IMG/VR virus record: IMGVR_UViG_3300030099_003747
Location: 1 to 50,160 of that record
Length of the DNA stretch: 50,160 nt
Direction: 5' to 3' (one strand)
Source of the DNA: a virus
Taxonomy: Duplodnaviria > Caudoviricetes
Part shown: piece by piece, positions 1 to 10,054 of the stretch
Position numbering within the stretch: position 1 is the stretch's first letter
How the letters are laid out: every line of letters begins with the position of its first letter
The notes under the pieces: generated by a model
What the model was told of the DNA's origin: nothing
Database searches by the model: none
What the model saw: only the letters and a program-made list of their open reading frames with translations
Position numbers and translations under genes: made by a program

Positions 1-123
1 GCACCATCCACAAGCTGACGGACAGACGTGTCAATGCGTTGCTTACGAAGCTTGCGGGCACGCTTTTTGAGTTCTTGCTTTTGTAGCGTCTGATCAACCC
101 TACGAGACCCAAGCCTTTTTTGG
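1..123. repeat. Terminal direct repeat copy 1 (circular assembly overlap)
   Basis: Matches 50038-50160 except at 54/50091 (G/A) and 69/50106 (G/T). Confidence 0.97.
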
Positions 124-3100
124 ATTCCTGTGAGTTGCTCGAATCTATCAGCAACAGAAGCATCCATGTTTCTAATGGAAATGAAATCATCTTTCAGCTT
201 GTCGATCTCATCAACAGACCAGTCCTCCAAACCCAATGCATCAAGCTTCTCATTACGCCATTCTGCCGTTGTTCTGGCCTTCTTTGCAGCCGTATCAACA
301 GGAACGCCAAGAGGATAGTCAGACTCAATCCATCCAACCAAGTCTTGCACAAAGTCCTGAGCATCATCTGGGATCTCATTAAGGTCTTCATAGTTAAACT
401 TGCGGAACAGGGTCTCTTCGATTCGCCGCTTAGCAGCGACCTTCTCTACGAGTATCTTTCTTCCAATGTCATGTGAGTTGAATACAAAGTCTTCTGGCTT
501 TGTAATACCAAGACGGAAGTTTCTGATCTCTTCTAGGGCCGCTTTTGTCTCGACCTTTTTGTCTTCGATTGACGAGCGGAGCCTTCTTTTGAGGAGGCTT
601 CTTTCAGACTTAAAAGAATCTTCTTGTTGAAGTCTGCGTACCGGTCCCGACGACGAATATCTGCCTGGAGCAACTGTTCGATAAGGTCTTGTTCCAAAGG
701 TATCCTCCAACTCATCCAAGATTTTATTGTTTAGAAGCTCTTGTGCTTTGCTTAGAACAAACTGAGCACCGCTTTCCTTTGTCCGTTTCAGAAGCTGATC
801 ATACCTCTTTTTGTCTATCGCACCACTGCTTAGCGCATCTTTGAGGTCTGATATTTGGCCTTCAAACCACCTAATGGTGGGCTGCATTTCAAAGTATGTC
901 TCACTCAAAACCTTTTCATCAAGCTTTTCAAGGTAAAGATGGAGGCCGCTATCAATGGTCAGGTGTCGGAGTCTCTCTTGGTACTTTGTAAGTTCCGGGG
1001 GAACCGTATCAATCCACCCATTTGCTGGTCTTTCAAGCACCCACAATGAACCATCCGGGTTTACGACAATCATCTTCTGCTCATTCAGAGCAATGCCTGC
1101 AACCAAATCCTTGAAGCTAAAGACGCCATGTGTCTTGCTTTCGTGGTGGAAATAGTTTGCAGAGTCAAGAACGTCGTCACCAATGGTTTCGAGGTACTCT
1201 CCAGAGAATATTGATGTGCTGGGGTGGTTGTGTACGGAGACTGCCGTACCCTTTGAAACAAGCTCATCAAGAAAATCTTTATTGATGTTCTTGTGGATGT
1301 TTACGCCATCCTTGGTTCCCTTTGCTGAAGCAACCTGGAGGCCGTTTTCAGCATCATATACAGCACCATATTCTATGGGCTGATTCTTCGATACAGATAC
1401 AAACTCTTCTATGGTCAAATCAGGTGGGACAATGTCTATTTCTGGGTGCTTCTCCCAGCGCCTTGGGTGAGCCCCTCCCTGGTGAATCATCTTCAGGTCA
1501 TCAGCACTAAGAATAGACGGAGAAGAGCCTGCTTGTTCTGCAACCCGCTTGAGGTCACCGCTAACGTCCATTGCAAAGAGCCTAAGTGCCTCTTCTGGCG
1601 TTCCTCCGTATGCTCCTGCGGCATACATCAGAAGCTCATCTGCAATGTCCTCGTCGCCGTCTACGGCCTTCAGAACAGCATTGTAAATAGCTTGGGCCCT
1701 TTCTTCTCCAAAGGGCATCTTCTCATCAATATCAAGCGTTCTATATACAATCTCAGTAAGCTTGTTTGGGTCTAGCTCATTGAGAAGCTCATCCATGCTA
1801 GTAAGCTTGATTTTTCTTGCAGCATTAATGAGTTCAATGTTTGAACGAACTTGCTGTTCTGGCTTTACACCTCGCGTTGTTTGGTCAAGAACCAACATCC
1901 GCCTTGCTGTTGCCGCTGCGGCCTCTTCATTTCCAGAAAAGAACCGAAGCATTGCGACGAGGGCTTGGTCTACTTCATCAGCAGTTTTCCCAGTTGAAGA
2001 AACAATCTCATCTCGAACAGATGCCCACTTTTCAATAGCTGGCTTAAGCCATGGGTTCTCTTGAATCTTGCCTGCACCAGTTTCAACGGCGTGTGCAGCT
2101 TCATTTACAAAGTCAATGACTGTGTAGTCATCAGAAAGAACCTGTTGCCTTTCCTCAAGAACAGATCTCTTGTATCGAAGCTCTCTCTTCATTGCCCTGA
2201 TTTGAGACGGATCTGACGACTTAGAGATGTCTTGGACTAGGGCAGAGATTTCCTGTTCAAGTAGCGGTATTTCTCGTGTTTCAATGGAGTTCTTCCACTC
2301 AGCAAGTGCGCCACCCTTGCCATCTTTACCGCCAGCAAGCTTGTATAGAACGCCTATTTCCCTTCTGGCAAATGTATGAAGTGCGGCGATTTGCTTTGCG
2401 TGATTCTCTACTGAGTTTTGGTAGTTCTCCCAAAGCTCTGGTCGAAGCCTTTGAATGCGCACCAAGTTGCTATTTGTTGCCGACAATCCAACGCTATACG
2501 CACCCTGTGTGCCGTAGTAGCTCATGTTGTCTTTGATGTGCTGAGACGCAAAGTATGGCTGTAGACGACGTGTTCCTAGAATCTTGGCGAAACTATCGTA
2601 GATAAAACGGGGAACTTGCCCAACCGCGTTTCCTGTGTCGTACAACAACTTAAAAAGTTGCTGACCTTCCGAAAGTGCCTCTTTAGAATCAACACCCAAT
2701 GCCCGCGCAGCGTTAAGTGTTGATGAGATTGTAGACGGACTCATGTCATCAGCAAAAGTTTTGATGTCTCCTACTTTTGAAATGATGATGCTATCGTCGC
2801 CCAGAAGCTGGTTGATCTTCTTGCCGACCTGTTCAATCTGAGAGCCAGTACCAAAGGTGTACGTCTGGTCTGAGAAGTTGATTGTTCCAAAGATTGGAAT
2901 CTTACTCTTCTCTACAACGCCAAGTTTCTTGGGGTTTGTAATGCCAACAAGGTCAACAAACTCTCTAAGAGTAGACTCGGCACCCTTGTGTGCTGAAGCC
3001 GTGTTCAAATAATGGGCCTCTTTCGTGGCCAACATCTTGCTAAGCTTAGCTTGGTCTGGAACAGAAGAGAGAAGATCTATGTCTTTCTTTACTGCATTTA

Positions 3101-4505
3101 TAGTGTTTGTAATCTTTGCGTAGTCGGCTTTTGCATGGAACCCAGCAGCCGGGTCAGAGTACTTTTGTGACAACTTTAGAAGCTCTTCGACCTCATCATT
3201 AAGCTGCTTCCTCAAAACTGAAACTGCATCTTGTGCAGATTTGCCAGCATCTACAAGCTTCTTCATGCTTGCAAACTTCTGAGCCTTGTTCTGTGATGCG
3301 ATGGCTTCCATTGCGGCATTGTCTGCCACTTCAAGCATGTCTGCACGAACCTTGATGGCTTCATCAGCGTCACCGATAATCGCTTTTACAACACGCTTTT
3401 GTTGCAGCACACCGCTGCCAGTAACGCCCGAGTACCGCTCAAGAACAGAAGCAGCACGCTGTCCCTTAGATCCAAGGTTGTATGTCTTGTTCCCGACAGA
3501 AACAAGCTGTGTTGCCTTTGCTGGACCAACAAACCAAAGTGGGTCAGCGACAACCTCCATGGCCAAACCAAAGCCAGCCCTAGAGATTGGGTTTGCAAGT
3601 ACATCAACAACGTAAGAAGTTGACGTTGGCTTAAGCTTCCTTGGAGCGTTGTTCTTCAAACGCTTCATGGTGTCGATAGGGAAGGCAATGTTTACTAGAT
3701 CTTCTCCAGTCGCATTACCACCGCTTAGTGGTCCATAATCTGGTCGGTCAATAAAGTAGCCCTTGGTGTCTAGGGCCTTCTTGAGAAGCTTTTCATCAGC
3801 AAAAGCTGAGTAGATGTTCTTTCCAAGATCCTCAAGGTCTTTATAGTACTGGTCTTTTGACTCCTCAGACTCAAACTTTGAACCCTCAAAGATGTCCTTT
3901 ACGAGCCTGTACCCACTCAGTCCCTTTCCGGTCAGGTCAGCGAGGATGTCTCCATAGAATGTTCCTGTATCAGGAAGCTTTGCAGAGCCCTTATATATAT
4001 TAATCCAGGCTTCGCTTCTTGGTACGTCACCATACTCAAGGCCACCCAGCACCATCCCGCCAGCCTTTACGGTCTTATCAATGGTGTAGTCTAGGATGCC
4101 CTGCTCTTTGATTGGTACAAGGCCGCTCTCTTCTTCTACACCCTCAATATCTACAGGCTTTGTGCTGTATGTGTCGGCTGCCAAAACCTGTGCAGCAATG
4201 GGATCCCTAGCCTTCTTTGAATGACGCCAAGCGGTCTTAAACTGCTCTTGTGACGGAAGCTGCCTTGCCCGTTCAAGCTGCTTTTCTACTTCGTTTTCGT
4301 CATCATCATCGAACAATGACCCAAACCAGCTATCGTCATCTTTTGCTGGTTCAGGCTCAGCGCTCAAATCAAGTTCAGGAGTAGGCGGTGGTGCGCTAAC
4401 GGATAGCTCAAAACCACCAAAGTCTACAACGTCTTGTTTTGCAGATGCTTCTGTCGCCGGGGCAGACTCTGTTGAGAGCGCCATTGAGTCAGGTTGTTTG
4501 GCCAT
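1..4505 (-). CDS. Giant internal virion/ejection protein, N-terminal part; continues across the junction to 46611 (2,643 aa total); contains JAB/MPN-like domain
   Basis: Manual translation from ATG 4505 (MAKQPDSMALSTES...) finds no stop down to base 1 and reads in frame into ...RQLVDGAPDF of ORF 46611..50048. Last of three helical proteins after the tail genes. Confidence 0.9.
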   Translation of the reverse strand, partial: MAKQPDSMALSTESAPATEASAKQDVVDFGGFELSVSAPPPTPELDLSAEPEPAKDDDSWFGSLFDDDDENEVEKQLERARQLPSQEQFKTAWRHSKKARDPIAAQVLAADTYSTKPVDIEGVEEESGLVPIKEQGILDYTIDKTVKAGGMVLGGLEYGDVPRSEAWINIYKGSAKLPDTGTFYGDILADLTGKGLSGYRLVKDIFEGSKFESEESKDQYYKDLEDLGKNIYSAFADEKLLKKALDTKGYFIDRPDYGPLSGGNATGEDLVNIAFPIDTMKRLKNNAPRKLKPTSTSYVVDVLANPISRAGFGLAMEVVADPLWFVGPAKATQLVSVGNKTYNLGSKGQRAASVLERYSGVTGSGVLQQKRVVKAIIGDADEAIKVRADMLEVADNAAMEAIASQNKAQKFASMKKLVDAGKSAQDAVSVLRKQLNDEVEELLKLSQKYSDPAAGFHAKADYAKITNTINAVKKDIDLLSSVPDQAKLSKMLATKEAHYLNTASAHKGAESTLREFVDLVGITNPKKLGVVEKSKIPIFGTINFSDQTYTFGTGSQIEQVGKKINQLLGDDSIIISKVGDIKTFADDMSPSTISSTLNAARALGVDSKEALSEGQQLFKLLYDTGNAVGQVPRFIYDSFAKILGTRRLQPYFASQHIKDNMSYYGTQGAYSVGLSATNSNLVRIQRLRPELWENYQNSVENHAKQIAALHTFARREIGVLYKLAGGKDGKGGALAEWKNSIETREIPLLEQEISALVQDISKSSDPSQIRAMKRELRYKRSVLEERQQVLSDDYTVIDFVNEAAHAVETGAGKIQENPWLKPAIEKWASVRDEIVSSTGKTADEVDQALVAMLRFFSGNEEAAAATARRMLVLDQTTRGVKPEQQVRSNIELINAARKIKLTSMDELLNELDPNKLTEIVYRTLDIDEKMPFGEERAQAIYNAVLKAVDGDEDIADELLMYAAGAYGGTPEEALRLFAMDVSGDLKRVAEQAGSSPSILSADDLKMIHQGGAHPRRWEKHPEIDIVPPDLTIEEFVSVSKNQPIEYGAVYDAENGLQVASAKGTKDGVNIHKNINKDFLDELVSKGTAVSVHNHPSTSIFSGEYLETIGDDVLDSANYFHHESKTHGVFSFKDLVAGIALNEQKMIVVNPDGSLWVLERPANGWIDTVPPELTKYQERLRHLTIDSGLHLYLEKLDEKVLSETYFEMQPTIRWFEGQISDLKDALSSGAIDKKRYDQLLKRTKESGAQFVLSKAQELLNNKILDELEDTFGTRPYRTVAPGRYSSSGPVRRLQQEDSFKSERSLLKRRLRSSIEDKKVETKAALEEIRNFRLGITKPEDFVFNSHDIGRKILVEKVAAKRRIEETLFRKFNYEDLNEIPDDAQDFVQDLVGWIESDYPLGVPVDTAAKKARTTAEWRNEKLDALGLEDWSVDEIDKLKDDFISIRNMDASVADRFEQLTGIQKRLGSRRVDQTLQKQELKKRARKLRKQRIDTSVRQLVDG

Positions 4506-4524
4506 CAGTATTTACGCTCTATCC

Positions 4525-6615
4525 CTAGTTACCAATCATGTTTTTAAATCTTTTTGCGGCTGTATCATCGCCTTTATCTGCAATGGCTCGATTTCTAGGG
4601 TCTGGTATTGGCCGTCCTTGCGCATCGTATGTTCCTGGTGGAGAACCTTCAGGAGGTAAACTCATAGAAGGCTTAGGCCCTGGTGTAGTTCTTTGTTGAA
4701 CCACTGTTCGTGCAGGTGGTTGTTGGGCGCTCATAGCGGCAGCATCAGCGGCTTCCCTTTCTCTTCGCGCTTCCTCAAGGTTCCTTTGGTACAAATCTGG
4801 GTCGCCACCAAACCCAATGCCCCTACCGGTAAATCTTTGCGCAGCCGTTGGTGCGGCAACAGGCTCTGGTTCTTCTTCGACGGCAAGCTTTGGTGGGAGT
4901 GGCTCAAACCCAGGAAGAGCGTAGATGCCCTCTTTTTCTTTTTCACCGGGCTTCAGTCGTTCTTCACCAGTAATGCGCTCAAGGTACCTTTCAGCAGCGG
5001 AGATAACCTTTTGCCTGCGCTCCTTTGGAACACTTGCAGCAAAGGTGTCGAATGCTGTTCTTTCCTTCGGAGTAAGGTCTTCGTCAGACTCAACTGCGAT
5101 GCTTTCAATGGCCTCACGATCAGCATCATCAAGAGTTTGCTCAAACTCTCGAACACCAATAGCTCGAAGAGACTCTATTGCATTTTCAAGCTGATCTACG
5201 GTGTTGTTTCCACTGAAGTACCTTGCGGCAGGTGGGCGGTTAATCGCCACACCAAACAGACGCTCTAGTGGTCGTGTAAGGTTTGTTGTTCTAAGAAGAG
5301 AATCTTTTTCTGATGAACCAGCCACTCGAAGACGCTCTTGAATGGCTTGTGGTCTGTCTAGTTGATCGTCTTGACCTGAGTCGTAAAGGCTCTTTACTAG
5401 CTTTACATACTCCATCCGCTCACTTGGATGGTCCATCATGTACCTGACGGCCTTATATGGGCTCTTAAAGCCCATTGCTGCCATGTAGGTATCGAATCGG
5501 GGGATTGCTGCTGCGTATCTTGCAACGGCTTGTGACAAGGGGTCTGTCGGATTGTCTAGCTGCTCAAGCTGGTTTTCAAGACGTTGCTTTGTCATCTGCA
5601 CCGACAACGGTGCTGGCATCTCTTGAAGAGACTTAGCGAACTCTTCTGGACCCTTTGCTGAAAGCTCAGCAGACATGCTTGCGAGTCTAGTGAAGTTTTG
5701 TGCAATCTCTTTTGGTATGCCTACAGACATACCTAGAATCGTTTTTTCCAGTGCTCTTTTTCTGTCTGAGCCTTGTATCCGAATGCGCTCAGCAGCATCT
5801 AGTTCCGCAGAAGTGGTTTCAAAATCTCGATACTCTCTGTCCCTGATTCCATTTAAGGCTGATTGTCCTACAATCCCGGTCTTTAGTGATGGGTCAGAAA
5901 GTCGAGCGCGAAGCTTTTGATCCCAATTACCTGTAGGGTCAAGGCCCCTAATAGCGATATCATATGCATTAGACAGGGCGTCTAGTTGAGCGCCGCGAGC
6001 AAGCTTTTTGGTGTCAACTAGGGTCACAACATCTGCGCCCATTGACTGAAGCTCTCTTAGTTTTGGTCCAACTACATTTGAGTACCCATCCTGCGAGACT
6101 TTAGCCATCTGCTGCTGAATAGCCGCAGCAACTTGGTCAGGAGGAGTTCCTCGTTCCCTTAGCTCATTAATCGTATTGGTTATTGCAGTTACGGCCTGTT
6201 CTTCAAGAGAGAATCCTTGCTGCTTAATGAATGCAGACGACTTGGCTTCATACCTTGGAGAAAACTCATCTATGATGCCTTGCTTTACTCCATTGATTGC
6301 CAGCAATGCTTGACTGACCATTTGATTATTCATCTGCCCAGTACGAGCAAGATTCGCTACTGCTGATACAGCTTGAGCGGCGGCTTGCTGTGCAGACGTA
6401 ATAATATTTGCGTAGCTAGTTACTGACTGAATCGCGAGTTCCTGCTCAAGCTTTGCGATTGCTGCCAGTTGTCTAAGGTACGCTTCCTTGAGCATCTGCT
6501 CAGCTTCTGGAGAAAGACCGGTGCCTTCTGGTGTTCTAAATCCAGCAATGCCAGCACCTAGAATGTTTGCGCCAGTGTATGGCTCACGCCCCTGTGATGG
6601 TCGAATCTCAGCCAT
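4525..6615 (-). CDS. Putative internal virion (ejection) protein, 696 aa
   Basis: Ala/Gln-rich helical composition; middle gene of a small-medium-giant trio as in podovirus ejectosomes. Confidence 0.65.
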   Translation of the reverse strand: MAEIRPSQGREPYTGANILGAGIAGFRTPEGTGLSPEAEQMLKEAYLRQLAAIAKLEQELAIQSVTSYANIITSAQQAAAQAVSAVANLARTGQMNNQMVSQALLAINGVKQGIIDEFSPRYEAKSSAFIKQQGFSLEEQAVTAITNTINELRERGTPPDQVAAAIQQQMAKVSQDGYSNVVGPKLRELQSMGADVVTLVDTKKLARGAQLDALSNAYDIAIRGLDPTGNWDQKLRARLSDPSLKTGIVGQSALNGIRDREYRDFETTSAELDAAERIRIQGSDRKRALEKTILGMSVGIPKEIAQNFTRLASMSAELSAKGPEEFAKSLQEMPAPLSVQMTKQRLENQLEQLDNPTDPLSQAVARYAAAIPRFDTYMAAMGFKSPYKAVRYMMDHPSERMEYVKLVKSLYDSGQDDQLDRPQAIQERLRVAGSSEKDSLLRTTNLTRPLERLFGVAINRPPAARYFSGNNTVDQLENAIESLRAIGVREFEQTLDDADREAIESIAVESDEDLTPKERTAFDTFAASVPKERRQKVISAAERYLERITGEERLKPGEKEKEGIYALPGFEPLPPKLAVEEEPEPVAAPTAAQRFTGRGIGFGGDPDLYQRNLEEARREREAADAAAMSAQQPPARTVVQQRTTPGPKPSMSLPPEGSPPGTYDAQGRPIPDPRNRAIADKGDDTAAKRFKNMIGN

Positions 6616-7223
6616 TATGCGTCTCCCATTACGCCAAGAGTTCCACTCTCTGCGATAGTTGCTGCTTGTTCAATCTCTTTGGTCTTCTTTGGACGCTTAC
6701 GCTTTCCGGCCTCACCAAGCATTTTAATGGTGTCCTCATCTGACAGAATCTTAGATGCATCCTGGATAAGGCCCATGTCGCGGGCAAGTCGGGTTTGGCT
6801 CAACTGTTCCGCAGCCTTAGCGGCACCCTCAGCAATCTGCTTCCTTTGACCAAGGACTCCCGCTTGGCGGGCAGTCAATCGCTGTGCTGTCTTCTTCAAA
6901 GCAAAGTCTCGTGCAGCCTTCATTCGGTCAGCATCAACACCAGACTGACCACCACCTCTTGCTTGCTTGGCCTTTTCTTGGCGCACAATCGCGTCTTCAG
7001 CGGCCTTGGCTTCAGCAAGAGCCTTGTCTGTAAGCACCGGTGCTCGCAATGCAGCACGATCTGCCTCTAAGCGCTTCTGCAAACGCTTGGCTTCACGGTG
7101 TCTTACCAGAGCCTTTAGGCCAGCGAGCGCAGATTGTGTCCCAATCTTTAGTGCAGCGGCAGTCTTTTGACCGCCAGAAAGTACATCTGCTGCCTCTGCT
7201 TTCTTTTTTTCGTCAGCCATCAC
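6615..7223 (-). CDS. Putative small internal virion (ejection) protein, 202 aa
   Basis: Ala/Lys-rich helical protein in the first ejection-gene position. Confidence 0.55.
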   Translation of the reverse strand: MMADEKKKAEAADVLSGGQKTAAALKIGTQSALAGLKALVRHREAKRLQKRLEADRAALRAPVLTDKALAEAKAAEDAIVRQEKAKQARGGGQSGVDADRMKAARDFALKKTAQRLTARQAGVLGQRKQIAEGAAKAAEQLSQTRLARDMGLIQDASKILSDEDTIKMLGEAGKRKRPKKTKEIEQAATIAESGTLGVMGDA

Positions 7224-7228
7224 ATCAC

Positions 7229-8062
7229 CTAAAAAAGTTCAAAGTGTACAAGGTCGTCTGTTTTGACACCATACCACTCGTCGATTCCAAAGTTTTTTTC
7301 TGCTCCAGACTTTATGGCAACAATGTTTAGTCCACCACAAAGAGCAGCAATCTTTCTAGAAAAGTCTGGTTTTGCGCCATGATCTTGAAGCAGAAGATAG
7401 ATCATTACTTCAAAGTTGTGGTAACCACGGCCAACATGTACGACCTTTGTCTTAGAGTGCCACCTGTTTGCGGTTTCTGATGGTTGTGCGTCATCTCTTG
7501 AGGGTGGACATTTTGTTTCTGTCCCCTCTTGGTAAACGCCATCAACGTACAATCGATGATGAGACATGTCGCCAATAAGCTCCCAGTCTTCGCCAAGAGT
7601 GTTTATGTTGTCCTCTTGAAACAAAGTCGGGTCAAAAAATGCGTGGTAATTGATGTATACAACCGCGTCCCAGGGGATAAATAGGTTCGCGCACATTCCA
7701 TACGACTGCGTAAACAGCTTATCTTTTGGCCTGTTTATTAGTCCTCTATTTTGAGGGCTGTATAGGACATCAAAAGAATCTGTATCAACAGTAAACTGTG
7801 CTTCGTTGTAACGCTCTGGAAACGTAAATCCATAGTGGTACCCTCTAGCAAATGTGCCACTGCGAAAATGCTCTGACTTTACTGAGCCAGCTATTGATGA
7901 TGTATTTTCTCCAGTCAGGCCACCATTCAAAGCTTCAAATGTGTGCTCTGTAGCCCCAGTGTCATCAATAAACTTGGTCGGACTATACAGACAAAAATCA
8001 TAGATCTCATCTACGTCTACATCGCTGCTAGAAGGCGTAAATGTTCTTTGAAACCGAGCCAT
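7229..8062 (-). CDS. Putative tail/virion structural protein, 277 aa
   Basis: Beta-rich; located between nozzle and ejection genes; C-terminus resembles that of 9164..10054. Confidence 0.5.
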   Translation of the reverse strand: MARFQRTFTPSSSDVDVDEIYDFCLYSPTKFIDDTGATEHTFEALNGGLTGENTSSIAGSVKSEHFRSGTFARGYHYGFTFPERYNEAQFTVDTDSFDVLYSPQNRGLINRPKDKLFTQSYGMCANLFIPWDAVVYINYHAFFDPTLFQEDNINTLGEDWELIGDMSHHRLYVDGVYQEGTETKCPPSRDDAQPSETANRWHSKTKVVHVGRGYHNFEVMIYLLLQDHGAKPDFSRKIAALCGGLNIVAIKSGAEKNFGIDEWYGVKTDDLVHFELF

Positions 8063-8066
8063 ATTG

Positions 8067-9161
8067 CTACTCTGTAAAGTGGTTGTCTAAGCTTTTGGTA
8101 TCATTCAGCCTATCTTTGAACGCAATGAAGGACGAGTTTCCACCAAAAATCTGGACACGCTGTCCTTTGTTTGGGTGTGGGTCTTCACCAAAGTCAAAGT
8201 TTTCTACATACCTGCTTTCAGGAACAGCTAGTGTTCCGGTTGATAGGGCATCTACACGATCCCATCTATCGATGCCCCCAACCATTCCCCATCCAAACGA
8301 CGAATAGCCGTCAAGCTTCATGTTTCTGGCTGTGTAGTCAATGCCCTGGGCTTTGCACAGCCTTTGGATAAAGATGTCATTGATTGAAACCAAATCAGTG
8401 TAAGAGTGCGTAATGTTTATAGCCCTCTTGGTTTGATTAATCTTGTCTGACTTTACCCGTGCAGATGCACCAAGCATGTGCCCAGGTGACCAGCAGAGGA
8501 CTCTTTTAGAGTTTTTGTTTGGTAGCAAGAAATACACAACGCTTGTCCAAAAGCGACTTCCTGAGTGCCAGGAAACAATGTCGCACTTGTCTGGACTTTT
8601 ATTTGTAGTGCAATGCCCAACAGACACATCAGCACTAAACAAAATATTGTATCCATTGCCATTGTTTGGAATCTTAAAAAGATACTGGCCAAACTTTTTG
8701 TACAAGGCTTCTACGCCTTCTTCGTAGTACTCTCCAGACCCACCCCAATCATATGCGCCAGATGCAGAGATATCAACTTTGTGGGTAACCGCATCACTTG
8801 AGGCCAAAGCAAACTGCTTGCTTGAGCAGCTTTTAATAAGATCCCAGTTTCTTCTGTTTTCTCTGTGCCAAATAGAATCGTGTGACTCAGTTACGCCATC
8901 TGTAGATGCTGGATCTGAACCCCAGTAACCTCCGGGCTTTGTTTCTGGAAAAGGAAGATACTTAGACAGGAACTCACCTTCTACCGTTTCGTTTGTAGAG
9001 CAACTTCTAGAGCAATAAATAATAGAATCATTAATCGTATCGCCAGTAAATGCGCTTCTGCTCAACTGCTTTCTTTCTAGTATTGTTGCAGACTGCACCT
9101 CTGACTGCATTCTAGAAATACTATTTTGAGTTGTTTCCTCTGTTGATTTTGGCTTGTCCAT
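8067..9161 (-). CDS. Putative tail/virion structural protein, 364 aa
   Basis: Long ORF tightly packed in the structural operon. Confidence 0.5.
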   Translation of the reverse strand: MDKPKSTEETTQNSISRMQSEVQSATILERKQLSRSAFTGDTINDSIIYCSRSCSTNETVEGEFLSKYLPFPETKPGGYWGSDPASTDGVTESHDSIWHRENRRNWDLIKSCSSKQFALASSDAVTHKVDISASGAYDWGGSGEYYEEGVEALYKKFGQYLFKIPNNGNGYNILFSADVSVGHCTTNKSPDKCDIVSWHSGSRFWTSVVYFLLPNKNSKRVLCWSPGHMLGASARVKSDKINQTKRAINITHSYTDLVSINDIFIQRLCKAQGIDYTARNMKLDGYSSFGWGMVGGIDRWDRVDALSTGTLAVPESRYVENFDFGEDPHPNKGQRVQIFGGNSSFIAFKDRLNDTKSLDNHFTE

Positions 9162-9163
9162 TA

Positions 9164-10054
9164 CTATGCTCCCAGCATCTTTCCGCGTGGAAAGCGCACC
9201 ACAAATACTCTGGCATTTAAGATGGCGACCCCGTAGTTTGGTGTAGAGTCACCGTAGTCATCCAAGTAGTACTTCATGTCTACACCTTCGTAGTAATCAG
9301 AGTTGCTCGTTTTGCTCGCCGGTCCTTGTCCAGCAACTATAGATACACGATGTGTTCCTGCTCTGAGTATCTGAGTAGACGTACTTGATGTGACGATTCC
9401 TTTCTCTCTTGAGCCTGCACCAACTACGCTTTCTGGGCCATTGGTGGCTACGTTTGTTCCTGGGCCAGAGCCATCGACAACCGCTCCGTCAACCATCATT
9501 CCAATCTGTGTTCTTACATGAACACCTGCTGGAAAATAGAATCCACGGTCCACTCCGTCGTCTCCAAGACCATACGTTACGAACTTTAGGGTCGCGTCTG
9601 GGTCTCTTTCTGAGTAGTACCCAAGGTTGTTGTCTCTTTCGTCTTTTGAAGACAATCTGTACGCCCAACACGAGTACCCAATAAGAACAAGCTCTGGTGT
9701 GTCCGAGGTCCACTCGATAGCAAGGTCTCCGTCCCAGACCTCCTTAAAGCCCCTCATGTAGGGTATTAACCAAGCTGACCCTTCTTTTTTTAGGTTTACT
9801 CCGTCCATATTGTGAACGTCATCAACCATGGATGTTCCAGCACCAGCAAAGCCATACCTTTGTTTTTGGTGTGTGCGAACGCCTGCGCCGTTTTCAGCAA
9901 GGCTTGAATATGTAAGTCCGCTTACAGGATTAGAGTTGAACTGCCACGAACCAGCAGAATCAACGACTTTCTTTGCTTGCTTCCACTCATCAGAAAGTTT
10001 TTCTGGATCGATTACTTCATTTGCGAAGTTCCCAAACGGCTTAAACAAAGGCAT
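9164..10054 (-). CDS. Putative tail/virion structural protein, 296 aa
   Basis: Gly/Ser beta-rich ORF directly after the nozzle gene. Confidence 0.5.
   Translation of the reverse strand: MPLFKPFGNFANEVIDPEKLSDEWKQAKKVVDSAGSWQFNSNPVSGLTYSSLAENGAGVRTHQKQRYGFAGAGTSMVDDVHNMDGVNLKKEGSAWLIPYMRGFKEVWDGDLAIEWTSDTPELVLIGYSCWAYRLSSKDERDNNLGYYSERDPDATLKFVTYGLGDDGVDRGFYFPAGVHVRTQIGMMVDGAVVDGSGPGTNVATNGPESVVGAGSREKGIVTSSTSTQILRAGTHRVSIVAGQGPASKTSNSDYYEGVDMKYYLDDYGDSTPNYGVAILNARVFVVRFPRGKMLGA

Noticed and set aside
1-123. Biological direct terminal repeat
   Set aside because: It lies mid-gene, so it is better explained as assembly overlap of a circular or permuted genome
120-3623. Many short track ORFs on both strands
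   Set aside because: They are antisense or out-of-frame shadows of the giant minus-strand gene; the same applies to plus-strand ORFs across the structural operon
1-4505. Virion RNA polymerase (N4- or crAss-like) in the giant protein
   Set aside because: No DxDGD or T7-type polymerase motifs seen in my translation of either half
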